Positions 37,650 to 47,832 of a stretch of 64,000 nt of DNA are shown in pieces (the stretch's first letter is position 1; the number at the start of each line of letters is the position of its first letter). The notes under the pieces are model-generated. The model worked only from the letters and a program-made list of their open reading frames with translations, was not told the origin of the DNA and did not search any database. Source of the DNA: Candidatus Heimdallarchaeum endolithica (lineage in GTDB: Archaea > Asgardarchaeota > Heimdallarchaeia > Heimdallarchaeales > Heimdallarchaeaceae); NCBI GenBank assembly GCA_021513715.1, contig CP084167.1:224001-288000 (forward strand), written 5' to 3'. The position numbers were made by a program, and so were the translations under genes.

Positions 37650-39407
37650 TTATGCAATTGACTCATTTTTTTTATTCTTTTGAATACTTAGATATTCTAC
37701 AATAATCTCTTGTAATTGCTCTTTGCTTACACGGTAATCTTCTTCTATTTGGCCATCTGAAAGGCGAATATGTCGAAACCCTGGACGTAATAAACTTAAA
37801 TCATGAGAACAAACAATAACTGTTTTATGTTCTAATTTAGCTATATCCATAAAAAGATTAATTATTGAACGAGCAAGTTCAGAGTTAAGATTGGCTGTAG
37901 GTTCATCAGCAATAAGTATTGAAGTTTTTCTAGCTAAACTGGTAGCTAGTGCAGCACGTTGTTTTTCTCCTGCAGAAAGCTCATCAGGATATGACTTGAT
38001 TTTATGATCTATAAAGCATTCTTTCATTATTTTTTTGGCATAATCTGTATCCATTTTCTTTCCCAAGAATAAATAGGGTAAGAGGAGATTATCTTCTACC
38101 AACAATGGTTCAAAGAGATTGTTATGCTGGGTAATATATGAAATATGTTTCAATCTGAAATCAGAAATAAGGGGTTCTGGTTGGTTTTTAATATCAAAAC
38201 CCATTATTTCAACATGTCCTTCATCTATTTTATCTAACCCTGAGATACAATTAAAGAGAGTAGTTTTTCCTACTCCACTAGGACCAGAAATGAAAACAAA
38301 ATCTCCTTTATTAATTGATAAGCTTATCCCTTTTAGTACTAAATTATATCCAGCTGGAGAAGGGTAACCTTTCTTCAAATTTTTTATCTTAATAATAGGT
38401 TCTTCTTTTTCAGGAGGAACAAAACTTCTAGAAATAATTGGTTCTACATCTTCATATTTTACTTGATCTACTGTTTCTTCATATTCTTCTTCAGGATTGT
38501 TTAATATATGATAAATATCCTCTCTAGTAATCAGATCAGGATTCCAAATTAGTCCTATTTTTCTTGAAGGATGAAGATCATACTCAACTGTATCTTTGAT
38601 TCCTAAACTTCGTTTTATTTCGTCTGGAATCCTGGCAAAATTAGAGGGATCTACATATGACCTTTTCATTTCTGAAGATTGCATAAGAAATTCTAACTGG
38701 TTCCTATTAATGTCTATACTTATTCCTGCCAGACGCCCGTCACGAATAATAAAACTTCTCTCAAAGACAGTTCTAAAACGGATATCGTGAGTTACTACAA
38801 GAATAGTTTTTCCCATAGTAATATTTACATCTTTAATAGTTTCAACTACTTCTTTTGTATGCATATTATCCAATTGTCCTGTAGGTTCATCACACAATAG
38901 AATGTCAGGATTCTTTGCTAAAGCTACGCCAAGAGATAAACGAATAGCTTCTCCTCCAGAAATTTTTTCAACATTATTCTTTGCTATATGTTTTAATCTC
39001 AGAAGCTCAAGCAGCTCTTCTACTTCTTTTTTGGCTGTTTCGTGAGGGAGACAGAACATGCGTTTTGGTATCATTAAGTTGTCCATTACTGTAAGCCTTG
39101 GAAACAAGTTCTGGCTTATAAATTGATTAATTAATCCTATGTTATAATACCTAAACTCTCTTCTTTCTCTTTCTGTCATTTTATCTAATTGTTGACCCTT
39201 AACAACAACTCTTCCACCAGTGGGGACATCAAGTCCAGCTAAAATGTTAATTAATGTTGTTTTTCCAGAACCAGAAGGGCCAATAATACTAACTAATTGG
39301 CCTTTTTTTATGTTGAGAGTTAAACCCCTCAAAGCTGCAACTTTATATTCTGTTACAGGGTCATAATATACTTTTAATAAATCATCAGCTTGTATCATTT
39401 TTATCAC
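37650..39407 (-). CDS. LolD/MacB-like ABC ATPase with two fused NBDs (copy B)
   Basis: GPSGSGKTT/ISGGE/LLCDEPTG/VTHD and GPSGVGKTT/LSAGE/LIADEPTA/CSHD; colinear with 22380..24122. Confidence 0.93.
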   Translation of the reverse strand: MIKMIQADDLLKVYYDPVTEYKVAALRGLTLNIKKGQLVSIIGPSGSGKTTLINILAGLDVPTGGRVVVKGQQLDKMTERERREFRYYNIGLINQFISQNLFPRLTVMDNLMIPKRMFCLPHETAKKEVEELLELLRLKHIAKNNVEKISGGEAIRLSLGVALAKNPDILLCDEPTGQLDNMHTKEVVETIKDVNITMGKTILVVTHDIRFRTVFERSFIIRDGRLAGISIDINRNQLEFLMQSSEMKRSYVDPSNFARIPDEIKRSLGIKDTVEYDLHPSRKIGLIWNPDLITREDIYHILNNPEEEYEETVDQVKYEDVEPIISRSFVPPEKEEPIIKIKNLKKGYPSPAGYNLVLKGISLSINKGDFVFISGPSGVGKTTLFNCISGLDKIDEGHVEIMGFDIKNQPEPLISDFRLKHISYITQHNNLFEPLLVEDNLLLPYLFLGKKMDTDYAKKIMKECFIDHKIKSYPDELSAGEKQRAALATSLARKTSILIADEPTANLNSELARSIINLFMDIAKLEHKTVIVCSHDLSLLRPGFRHIRLSDGQIEEDYRVSKEQLQEIIVEYLSIQKNKKNESIA

Positions 39408-42400
39408 TCCAAATTTCTAGGTCTATACTTATAGAAATTCACCTTCATTGAGAAGTAGAAGATGATATAGTATAATGCTCCAAATATTCCCACAACAACA
39501 CCTATAACTGGGAAGAAAAGATAACTCTTATAGGGAAGACTATACCATCCAAAATCAATAAAGATGTACTTTAAGAATCTATATAGACCATAGGCTCCAA
39601 ATCCTCCAATAATTATTCCAGGTATAAAACTTGAAACAAAGATTTCAAAAGCAGATATATTGATAATCCTATTTACTCTCACACCTAGTTTTCTAAGAAT
39701 GTCATTTTTAGAAGCTTTTTGTATTAATAGTTTCAGAGGATTGCTTAAGCTAATAAAAGCAACAGCAAATATACTCATCAATATCATAAAAACGAACATT
39801 GAAGTTAAAACGTTATAAAAAGGATAAGCTTGAAACAAAACTAAATCTGCTTGTTCTTTTGCATTCTGTGAATCAATATTCAATTCTCTTTTTATTTTTT
39901 CACTGAACTCTATTGGATTAACATTTGGTTTAAGTTTAATTAAAAGCCTATCAAGTGAAAGAGCTGGTGTTTTTAGGGAATCCTTAATTTCTGTAAATGT
40001 TTGATTTGTTAGAACAATATGAAAATCATACCAGAAATAATCAAAATAATAAATATTTACATCGTCATCTAACCAACGATCTCCGTAGAAAAAGATTGGA
40101 AAATAAGTGAATTCCCCTCCAATTTTGACTTCTTTATTCATTGTTTCATTAGCAGAGGTAAAAGTAAATTTATCAGGAGAAAGAAAAACCTTGTTAAAGA
40201 GTTTACTCACTAACATAGTATCATTTTCTTCTAATTGAGCTAAGAGCTCATTGAAATTTGGAATTATGTATTTTGGCACATCATAGATAGTAGAACGGAA
40301 TTCTGTAATATTATCTATTACTAAAAATCTAAAATTGAGTTCTCCATAAGTTGACTCTATAACACTTATATTTGCAACACTAATTACTTCATCATAAGAA
40401 GTAAGATTTGACTTAAGAGTGCTATTATATAATGACCAGTTAGAAACATAGATATCAGCTCCTGAAGAAAAGTAAGCTATGTCATTGAAATTATCTTGTA
40501 TTGCTAAAGGTACAATAATTGAAGGAACAACAAAAGCAATAATCAACAGAAAAGAGAAAAACGTGTTTGTAAACAATTTTGCATCAGAACGAACCTCAAT
40601 TAATGAAAAGGATCGAATAGACTTCTTAATTTTCCACGATAGTTTACTGAGAACAATAAGAAGAAGATTATGTAACTCTCTAATCAATAGTCCGACACCA
40701 AAAATAGCTATCATAGCTCCTATACCCATTAAACTAACAAAAATAACGATAAGAGAAGATAATTCTTCTTCAAAAATCCAAGAGAAGAGGACTACTAAAT
40801 AATATCCTCCAAGAGCAATAGCTATCCCAAAAATAATTACTAAAAAGTAATGTAGTCTTAACCTTTTTATAAGAGTTACAAATCTCTTTGGTTCTTTTTG
40901 TTTCTTCTCTGATTGTTTAGCTAACTTGATTATTCTTGGTAGAGAAGCAATAATTAAAGCAAAAAATGTTACAATAATAGTAACAAAACTTCCTTTTAAT
41001 GTAAAAAGATAAATTGGATTAGTGAATTGGAGAAATTTATCTACTTTTAGAAGAATCGGAGTAAAGATAAAAGTTCCTAGCAATCCAAATAGAGTCCCTA
41101 CAATTGACTCTCCAAACTTCATAGAAGAATAGATAAAGGTTATTCTTCCAACAGATAAACCTTGTGATTGTAAAATCTCTATTTCTTGTTTAAAACTAGA
41201 AGCAAAAATAGAATTTACCTCACTTAGTAGAAACAAAGCTATGAAAACAATTGGAATTGTAATTAAATAGATCAAAAATCGCATAGTTATCAAATCGTAT
41301 TTGAAAGAATAAATAATATATCCTAATTCATAACTTATTGACCAAGTTCCAGTAGGGTCAAATTTAAAGTAGTGAGTACGTGCTTCAGTTAAAGAATCAT
41401 ATTCCTCTGCAAGCTGATCGAAAGTTTCTAGATCAAGAGAAGAAAAATCATAAATAAATTCTATTGATCCTTGCAAAGTAAGCTGACCTAAAGAAAAGTT
41501 CTCTAGATTTTTTAAGAAAAATTGGTTATAACTAATAACAGAATACATATCATAAGAAAGCATTCGAACAGGATCAAAAGGCAATTTATTATCTTTGCAA
41601 AGTTGACTTAAGGTGTTATATCCAATACTAGAATAAATTCCTGAAACAGTCAAGTTTATTTTATCATAATTTAGAAAAACACCTTTGTCGCTTATTGAAT
41701 TAAACTGAATTATTTCTCCTACTTGAAGGTCTAAGTTTTCTGCAGCTTCACTAGAGACAATTACTTCTCCTTTTTCTTTCGGTAAAGTCCCTTCAACTAA
41801 TAGTGATCGTAAAACAAAGTTATAACTAGAGTTAATTGAAAAATATTGGACAGTACTCTCTCCTGTAGTAGTATTTGAAGTATAAATAGAAATACTATCT
41901 GTAATTTGGTAATCTACTATTAAGTTTGCATAAGTAGGAGCTTTCTGTTTCAAAGTTTTCATAATATCCTCTGCAGCTAGAAAAGTATAATTTTCATTAA
42001 TTAAAGAAATATTTCTTGCAGATTCTGACTGTTCTATAAATGATTTAGTAAAATCAATAGAAGTGTCATAATTTGATCCAAAATCATAATTGTGGAAATA
42101 CTTCTGTAAAACAGTAGCTTGTTCTGAATTATACAATACCGAAGTGTTTATTAGAACAAATGCAAGAATTGAAAGACCAAAAATGTTTATTATTAGTCTT
42201 TTCTTATTAACTTTCCACAATGAAAGAACTAAACTATATGTATTATAGAAAAATAACCAAATATTAATAAAAATTAATCTTACAGTAGAGACATTTTCTA
42301 CTACAGGCCTTAATAAGAATTTTTTCACTTTGTGTATAGATTTATTAATCCTTTTGTGGAAAATACCATAAAGTCCCCCTATTATACTAAATATAACTAA

Positions 42401-43687
42401 AAGCGTCCACCAATAATTTCTCATGAAATAAGCAAAATCTGAGATATGTTTTATCTCGTAATATATGGGTTCTTCAGGAAGATCAAAATTAGAATCATTA
42501 GTTCTAATATATACTCCTAAAATATTAGTTTCATTATAATGACCCTTCTCGATGCTTTTTGAAGCATAAACAAGATAATAAGAAGAACCAAGGAAAGAAA
42601 TATCTAGAGAATATGGATAAAAGTCATTTTCAAATATTAAAGTCTTCTCGAATCTTGTAAATAATACATGTTCAGAATTATAAGATGAAACAAGAACTAA
42701 AATAGTAATTATTGATCCTTCAGAGTATCCACTGTAGTAAGCATATTCATAATCAATAAAAGTTGTATTTATCCATTTGCTTGATTGTTCAATAGAATAT
42801 TCATTCACATAATAAATATAAAAATCTACGGAAGAGTAGTCACTAAAACCAAAGGTCTCATTTTCATCAAAAGAGTAGTAAAAAACTTTACCTTCTTGGA
42901 TAGTTTGTATATAAAAATCATGGTCTAGTCCTTGAGTAATAATTGTTTCTGAATAACTATTAGGATATTCAACTACACTTGAATTGAAAATAACTCCATC
43001 TTTATTTATTCCTTGAAACAAAAGAAAAGATAAATATGAACTTTCGTTGTAGATATCGTCATAGTAATAATAGAATATTTTTTCATTCTGATAGATAAAA
43101 CCCTCAATTTTATACATAGAAACTTCAACATCATAACTTTCAGAGGACAAAACATTCCCATTAAAACTACAATTAAAACTACTTACTTCACTGGAATAGT
43201 AGGAAACGCTATATGCTGTAACTACTGTAAATTTCGATTCATCTTTAAATATATTAACCTTATAATTGGAAACTAATCCTCTTTTCGTTATTACTTTAAC
43301 GCCATGAGAACCATTGTTTATGAAATAGTAATAATAGTATAAAGTATCTCCTTTAGTAATATCATGATCTAAATAAAATAGTGCAACACCACCAGGAAAA
43401 CTCTTAGCTTTAAAAAAAGTTTCAAGATTGTTAGCGTTAGCATCAATGAGAATGGCTTTACCATTAAATATATGTATAATTTTATAATAATAATTATCAG
43501 AACGTCCAAGAAATACATGCATCTGATTATTTTCATCAAATACTGTTTCAACTATGTTTGTGTAAGTAGAATACTTTGTATACAAAATAGGAGCAGCTTG
43601 TTCATCAGCTTTTACATTGCTTATTGTCAAAAATAAAAAAGACATTATGATTAAAAGTAGGAACAGTTTTTTTCCTCTTATACTCAT
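39404..43687 (-). CDS. Giant FtsX/MacB-like ABC permease with large N-terminal extracellular domain (copy B)
   Basis: Same architecture as 18106..22383 (EGTLPKEKGEVIVS, EIEILQSQGLS, GADIYV, DILRKLGV); ends YRPRNLE versus YQPMNLE. Confidence 0.88.
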   Translation of the reverse strand: MSIRGKKLFLLLIIMSFLFLTISNVKADEQAAPILYTKYSTYTNIVETVFDENNQMHVFLGRSDNYYYKIIHIFNGKAILIDANANNLETFFKAKSFPGGVALFYLDHDITKGDTLYYYYYFINNGSHGVKVITKRGLVSNYKVNIFKDESKFTVVTAYSVSYYSSEVSSFNCSFNGNVLSSESYDVEVSMYKIEGFIYQNEKIFYYYYDDIYNESSYLSFLLFQGINKDGVIFNSSVVEYPNSYSETIITQGLDHDFYIQTIQEGKVFYYSFDENETFGFSDYSSVDFYIYYVNEYSIEQSSKWINTTFIDYEYAYYSGYSEGSIITILVLVSSYNSEHVLFTRFEKTLIFENDFYPYSLDISFLGSSYYLVYASKSIEKGHYNETNILGVYIRTNDSNFDLPEEPIYYEIKHISDFAYFMRNYWWTLLVIFSIIGGLYGIFHKRINKSIHKVKKFLLRPVVENVSTVRLIFINIWLFFYNTYSLVLSLWKVNKKRLIINIFGLSILAFVLINTSVLYNSEQATVLQKYFHNYDFGSNYDTSIDFTKSFIEQSESARNISLINENYTFLAAEDIMKTLKQKAPTYANLIVDYQITDSISIYTSNTTTGESTVQYFSINSSYNFVLRSLLVEGTLPKEKGEVIVSSEAAENLDLQVGEIIQFNSISDKGVFLNYDKINLTVSGIYSSIGYNTLSQLCKDNKLPFDPVRMLSYDMYSVISYNQFFLKNLENFSLGQLTLQGSIEFIYDFSSLDLETFDQLAEEYDSLTEARTHYFKFDPTGTWSISYELGYIIYSFKYDLITMRFLIYLITIPIVFIALFLLSEVNSIFASSFKQEIEILQSQGLSVGRITFIYSSMKFGESIVGTLFGLLGTFIFTPILLKVDKFLQFTNPIYLFTLKGSFVTIIVTFFALIIASLPRIIKLAKQSEKKQKEPKRFVTLIKRLRLHYFLVIIFGIAIALGGYYLVVLFSWIFEEELSSLIVIFVSLMGIGAMIAIFGVGLLIRELHNLLLIVLSKLSWKIKKSIRSFSLIEVRSDAKLFTNTFFSFLLIIAFVVPSIIVPLAIQDNFNDIAYFSSGADIYVSNWSLYNSTLKSNLTSYDEVISVANISVIESTYGELNFRFLVIDNITEFRSTIYDVPKYIIPNFNELLAQLEENDTMLVSKLFNKVFLSPDKFTFTSANETMNKEVKIGGEFTYFPIFFYGDRWLDDDVNIYYFDYFWYDFHIVLTNQTFTEIKDSLKTPALSLDRLLIKLKPNVNPIEFSEKIKRELNIDSQNAKEQADLVLFQAYPFYNVLTSMFVFMILMSIFAVAFISLSNPLKLLIQKASKNDILRKLGVRVNRIINISAFEIFVSSFIPGIIIGGFGAYGLYRFLKYIFIDFGWYSLPYKSYLFFPVIGVVVGIFGALYYIIFYFSMKVNFYKYRPRNLE

Positions 43688-43797
43688 AAAATTGATTTTC
43701 TAAAAGACATTTATAAATATATGCAAATTATTTTTTATTTATTCAAATAGAAAATTTGGGAATAGGTTTTGAATATTGAAAAATAAATAGAATTGAC

Positions 43798-44202
43798 TTA
43801 TTCTTCTACCTTCTGATTTGTTCTTTTCTCTTCCTGTTTTTTAAGTAGTTGTATCCAAAGAAGATTAAACAAATAACTTAGAGGCAAAATTGAAAAGCCA
43901 ACACTTAAGAAAAAGAAAATAGCTTGTATCCAACTCAGTAATGTACTTTCTAATGGGACATATAATGCTCCAACAAACCATGCAGGACCTGCAATCAAAC
44001 CTATCCAAAATAGATAGGGATTTTTTACCCATGATTTGTTAACTGATTTTAGTTCACTAATTAATAATTCCTCTTTTTCTTCATGAGATTGTTTTTCGGC
44101 AATCTTACTTTTACTCTTTTTGTCTTTTTCTATTTCTTTGTTTTTTGTTTTGCTTTCCTTATTTTCAGTGTTTTCATCACTTTTCTTTAAGTTGGAGTTC
44201 AT
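43798..44202 (-). CDS. Hypothetical membrane protein
   Basis: Charged N-terminus then two TM segments; probable start MNSNLKK. Confidence 0.6.
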   Translation of the reverse strand: MNSNLKKSDENTENKESKTKNKEIEKDKKSKSKIAEKQSHEEKEELLISELKSVNKSWVKNPYLFWIGLIAGPAWFVGALYVPLESTLLSWIQAIFFFLSVGFSILPLSYLFNLLWIQLLKKQEEKRTNQKVEE

Positions 44203-44282
44203 TAAAATTGAAAATAAGGTGAATAATAAAAATATATCGAACAAACAAACAATTTTATTTTTACTATAAAATAAGTTAGTTA

Positions 44283-44801
44283 ATGAAACTTCTTCCTAAA
44301 GATAAAGACGCATGGTCACATCATCCTAATTGTTCTCTTTTTGCTGATCATGTTTACACAATTAAAGGTTACAGAATCTGTAGAGGATGTACAAACTTTT
44401 ATTCAGGATTGGTTTTAGGGGTAGTTTTCTACATAATTTTTTCATTTTACAAAATTATAGATGTTCCTCTTTCTCTCTTAATTATAATTTTTACATTCAT
44501 TCCAACAACATTCTCAGTTTATTTAAAATTAAATAGAATAATTAAAGACATAGCACGTTTTTCTTTAGGTTTTTCTACTGCTTCTTCTATCTATATCATT
44601 TTTTCAGCTATCTATAATTCAATTGTTGATAGTTTATTATGGTATAGAGTGGTTATTCCAATAGCTGTAATATTCGCATTCTTTACTATTAAAAAAATAT
44701 TTACTTCAAAAAGATTTGATTACAATGCTAAAATATGTTTAAATTGCCCTCTTGAAGCCTGTGAACTTTTGACTAAAGACAATATTATTAAGCAGTCGTG
44801 A
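44283..44801 (+). CDS. Cys/His-rich membrane protein (DUF2085-like, putative metal binding)
   Basis: SHHPNC...DH...ICRGC before four TMs; C-terminal CLNC....C. Confidence 0.6.
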   Translation: MKLLPKDKDAWSHHPNCSLFADHVYTIKGYRICRGCTNFYSGLVLGVVFYIIFSFYKIIDVPLSLLIIIFTFIPTTFSVYLKLNRIIKDIARFSLGFSTASSIYIIFSAIYNSIVDSLLWYRVVIPIAVIFAFFTIKKIFTSKRFDYNAKICLNCPLEACELLTKDNIIKQS

Positions 44802-44810
44802 GAAGAGAAA

Positions 44811-45288
44811 ATGGAAAATTATACCAGATGATATTTTTATTTTAGACAAAAGTGGGATTCCTTACTACAGCAAATGTTTTGGTGGAAAGACTTGCAAAAT
44901 GAGACCTGATCATACTCTTCAAACTGGCTTTTTAGCTGCTCTATATGCTTATTCCAAAGAAAGTTTTGGACAACAGGAAATAAGAGAAGTAATTTTCACT
45001 GACTTAAAATTATTTTTTAAGACAGATGAGGAAAGAGGATTAATCATAGTTTTTACAGCTCCATTAGAAGAAGATAGAAACAAACTTTCACAACAATTAG
45101 ATATTACTTATGAACAATTTATTAAGAAATATGAAGGAGAAATTGGAAGAGGTTATTCTGACCCTGAAATTTTTGAATTTTTTGATAAAGATCTCCTTGA
45201 ATTAAAAATTATCGAAAAAGAACCAATTGGAAATATAAATTTCAAAACCAAAATTTCATTTTGGAGAAAACTCTTTAGAAGAAAATAA
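44811..45288 (+). CDS. Longin-like protein, apparently frameshifted near its start
   Basis: The frame of the 44899 ORF extends upstream as IPDDIFILDKSGIPYYSKCF...DHTLQTGFLAALYAYSKE; the ATG at 44811 joins it if one A is removed from A4 (44815-44818). Confidence 0.65.
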
Positions 45289-45471
45289 AAATCTTTTTTT
45301 TCTCTTTTTACTAATTTTTTGCTTGTTATAGACCCTATCATTAGTGTTTCTGAAAATTCGCTCTTTTTTGTCTAGTATATAAACATTTTCTAAGAACAGT
45401 TTACTTGCTCAGAAAAGAACTGTTTAATCTAACTGATTATTACTACCAAAAACAATTGTTTATTGGGAAAA

Positions 45472-46539
45472 ATGAAAGTATTACTAACAGGGTCATTTGG
45501 TAATGTTGGGAAAAATGCTTTACTAGAACTCGTAGAAAAAGGGTATAAAGTTAGAGCTTTTGATATAAAAACTCAGAGAAATGTTGAAGTTGAAAGAAGA
45601 GTGTTTAGACAGCTTAAAAAAGAAGAAAAAGGTTTTGAAGTAATATGGGGTGACATCAGAGATAAAAAAATCGTAGAAAGAATAGTTCAAGGGGTTGACG
45701 TTATTGTTCATCTTGCAGCCATTATTCCTCCACTAGCTTATGAGAAACCTGATTTTGCTTTTTCTGTAAATGTTTTAGGATCAAAATCATTAATTGAATG
45801 CGCAGAAAAAGAACAAAAAAAGAACAATAAAGAGATACAATTCATTTATGCTTCTTCTATTGCTGTACATGGAAATAGAATGAAATACTCTCCACCTACA
45901 AAAGTTACAGACCCTTTAAAACCATTAAATTATGATAACTATGCAGCCCATAAAATAACAGTTGAAAATATTTTACGAGAAAGCAAGTTGAATTGGACAA
46001 TATTACGTTTTGGTGTAGTAACGCCTTTTGAGATTTCCTATAAGATTCCACCAATAATGTTTGAAATTCCTTTATCACAAAGAATTGAAGTCGTAGACAC
46101 TAGAGATGTTGGATTAGCATGTGCTAATGCAGTAAGAAACAAAGAAGCAATAGGTAAAATTTTCTTCATTGGAGGCGGAGATGGGAATAGGATGCTTCAG
46201 TGTGAATACATTAGAGGAATGCTTGGTGCTATGGGAATAGGAATGCTTCCTGAAGAAGCCTTCAAACCTATCAATTCTGAAGAAGATTATTATCATTGTG
46301 ATTGGATGGATACTGAAGAAGCACAAAGAGTTCTAAAGTTTCAGAGATTTAATTTTGAAGATTTCCTGAGAGAATTTAAGAGAAAAAGGATGCTTATAAG
46401 AACAATTATTATCCTATTTAGGCCAATAACGAGAGCAGTATTACTAAGTAAATCTCCTTATTATAATAAAGACAAAACGCTTAAACAACTTAAAACTAGG
46501 AAAAAAGTCAAAGATCAAAAAGTTACTGTTCCTTCATAA
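45472..46539 (+). CDS. NAD-dependent epimerase/dehydratase (extended SDR)
   Basis: VLLTGSFGNVG, GDI, VHLAA, ASSIAVHG, YAAHK (YxxxK), ILRF. Confidence 0.92.
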   Translation: MKVLLTGSFGNVGKNALLELVEKGYKVRAFDIKTQRNVEVERRVFRQLKKEEKGFEVIWGDIRDKKIVERIVQGVDVIVHLAAIIPPLAYEKPDFAFSVNVLGSKSLIECAEKEQKKNNKEIQFIYASSIAVHGNRMKYSPPTKVTDPLKPLNYDNYAAHKITVENILRESKLNWTILRFGVVTPFEISYKIPPIMFEIPLSQRIEVVDTRDVGLACANAVRNKEAIGKIFFIGGGDGNRMLQCEYIRGMLGAMGIGMLPEEAFKPINSEEDYYHCDWMDTEEAQRVLKFQRFNFEDFLREFKRKRMLIRTIIILFRPITRAVLLSKSPYYNKDKTLKQLKTRKKVKDQKVTVPS

Positions 46540-46641
46540 AATCTTCTTTTTCTTTATTTTTCTACTTATCAAAATATGTTCTTTCCTGAAAAATATTTAC
46601 ATTCAAAAACAAAGGAAGCCTATTTCTAGTTAAATATATAA

Positions 46642-47265
46642 ATGTTTAAACACATAATATTATTCATGTTACGTTCAAACTCTTTTTACAGAAAGTTTTT
46701 GGATATTTCAGTCTATATTTTTCTAATAGGAGCTTTCGTAATATATATGCAAAAGTGTAATACAGGATTTTCTGATTTAATCCTTATGTTAGGAGGAATT
46801 TTTCTAGTCACATCCATAGTTTTTTCAGTAGTTGGAATTAAGCTAACTAAAGGTAGTGCTAAAGTTATTACTGTAATATTTGAAAGTTTGTACATTACCC
46901 TTAGTGTTGGAGGAGCTTTTTTACTAGTTTACTTACCGATTTCAATAATTTCATTAATGACAGGACATGCAACAATAGCAACATACATTATTTTCTATAC
47001 AGTAATGGTATTGTATCCTACAATTCACTTATTAAACACAATAAACATAATCGCTAAAGAGCATAACCTGTCATTGTTTGAATATATAAGGTATTTATTT
47101 AGCAAAAATAAGAAAGAATACAAAGAAAGAACATTATTACAAAATAGTCAAAGAATTAACTATCTTTATGAGAATTTAGAAAAATTAAAAGCAAATTATC
47201 AAAAAAGAGTGAGCAGAGTTTTAACAGTAGAAGATATTCTTTCTGGAAACAATAAAAATAACTAA
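46642..47265 (+). CDS. Hypothetical four-TM membrane protein
   Basis: Four hydrophobic segments and a charged C-terminal tail; shares ExLY...YLPI...G with the convergent neighbour. Confidence 0.7.
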   Translation: MFKHIILFMLRSNSFYRKFLDISVYIFLIGAFVIYMQKCNTGFSDLILMLGGIFLVTSIVFSVVGIKLTKGSAKVITVIFESLYITLSVGGAFLLVYLPISIISLMTGHATIATYIIFYTVMVLYPTIHLLNTINIIAKEHNLSLFEYIRYLFSKNKKEYKERTLLQNSQRINYLYENLEKLKANYQKRVSRVLTVEDILSGNNKNN

Positions 47266-47705
47266 AATTGTTCTTCTTTCGATTTTTTGTCTTTTCTCAC
47301 TCTTATCAGAAATACAGTTAGTGAACTTATCTGAAGAATAACAGTTATTGCAAGAGTTCCCCATTTAATTAAATCAGTAACAGGAAAATTCACTTTTCCG
47401 AAAAACATTAAGAAAACAGCTATAGGTAAATAGAAAATAGCAATAACTAAAATAGGAATTCCAAACAGTGTATAGAGAATCTCGTTTCCCCAATAAGAAA
47501 TAGATAAACCAACTTTAGATTCAGTAAATATCTTGATTATTTTTGAGATTACATAACCAAAGACTATAGTTCCAATAAAAAGTAAAAGGGCAAACCTAAC
47601 TAAAGTTCCTCCAATAATATATAAAATTAGAAATATTATTGACAGTAGTGCGAATAAAATATAGTCTTCTATTTTTTCTTGGTTGGAACGTGGTTCTAAA
47701 GTCAT
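47262..47705 (-). CDS. Hypothetical four-TM membrane protein
   Basis: Four hydrophobic segments; NEILY...FYLPIAVFLMFFG. Confidence 0.7.
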   Translation of the reverse strand: MTLEPRSNQEKIEDYILFALLSIIFLILYIIGGTLVRFALLLFIGTIVFGYVISKIIKIFTESKVGLSISYWGNEILYTLFGIPILVIAIFYLPIAVFLMFFGKVNFPVTDLIKWGTLAITVILQISSLTVFLIRVRKDKKSKEEQF

Positions 47706-47832
47706 AATTTGATAATTGTTAAGATATTTATATTATTATTTCTCATTGGCAACCTTAATGTATGAAAAAATGTTAAAAATCAAGTTGATAAACACTTTTT
47801 CTTAATATTTATTTAAAAAAAAGAAAAGAAGA

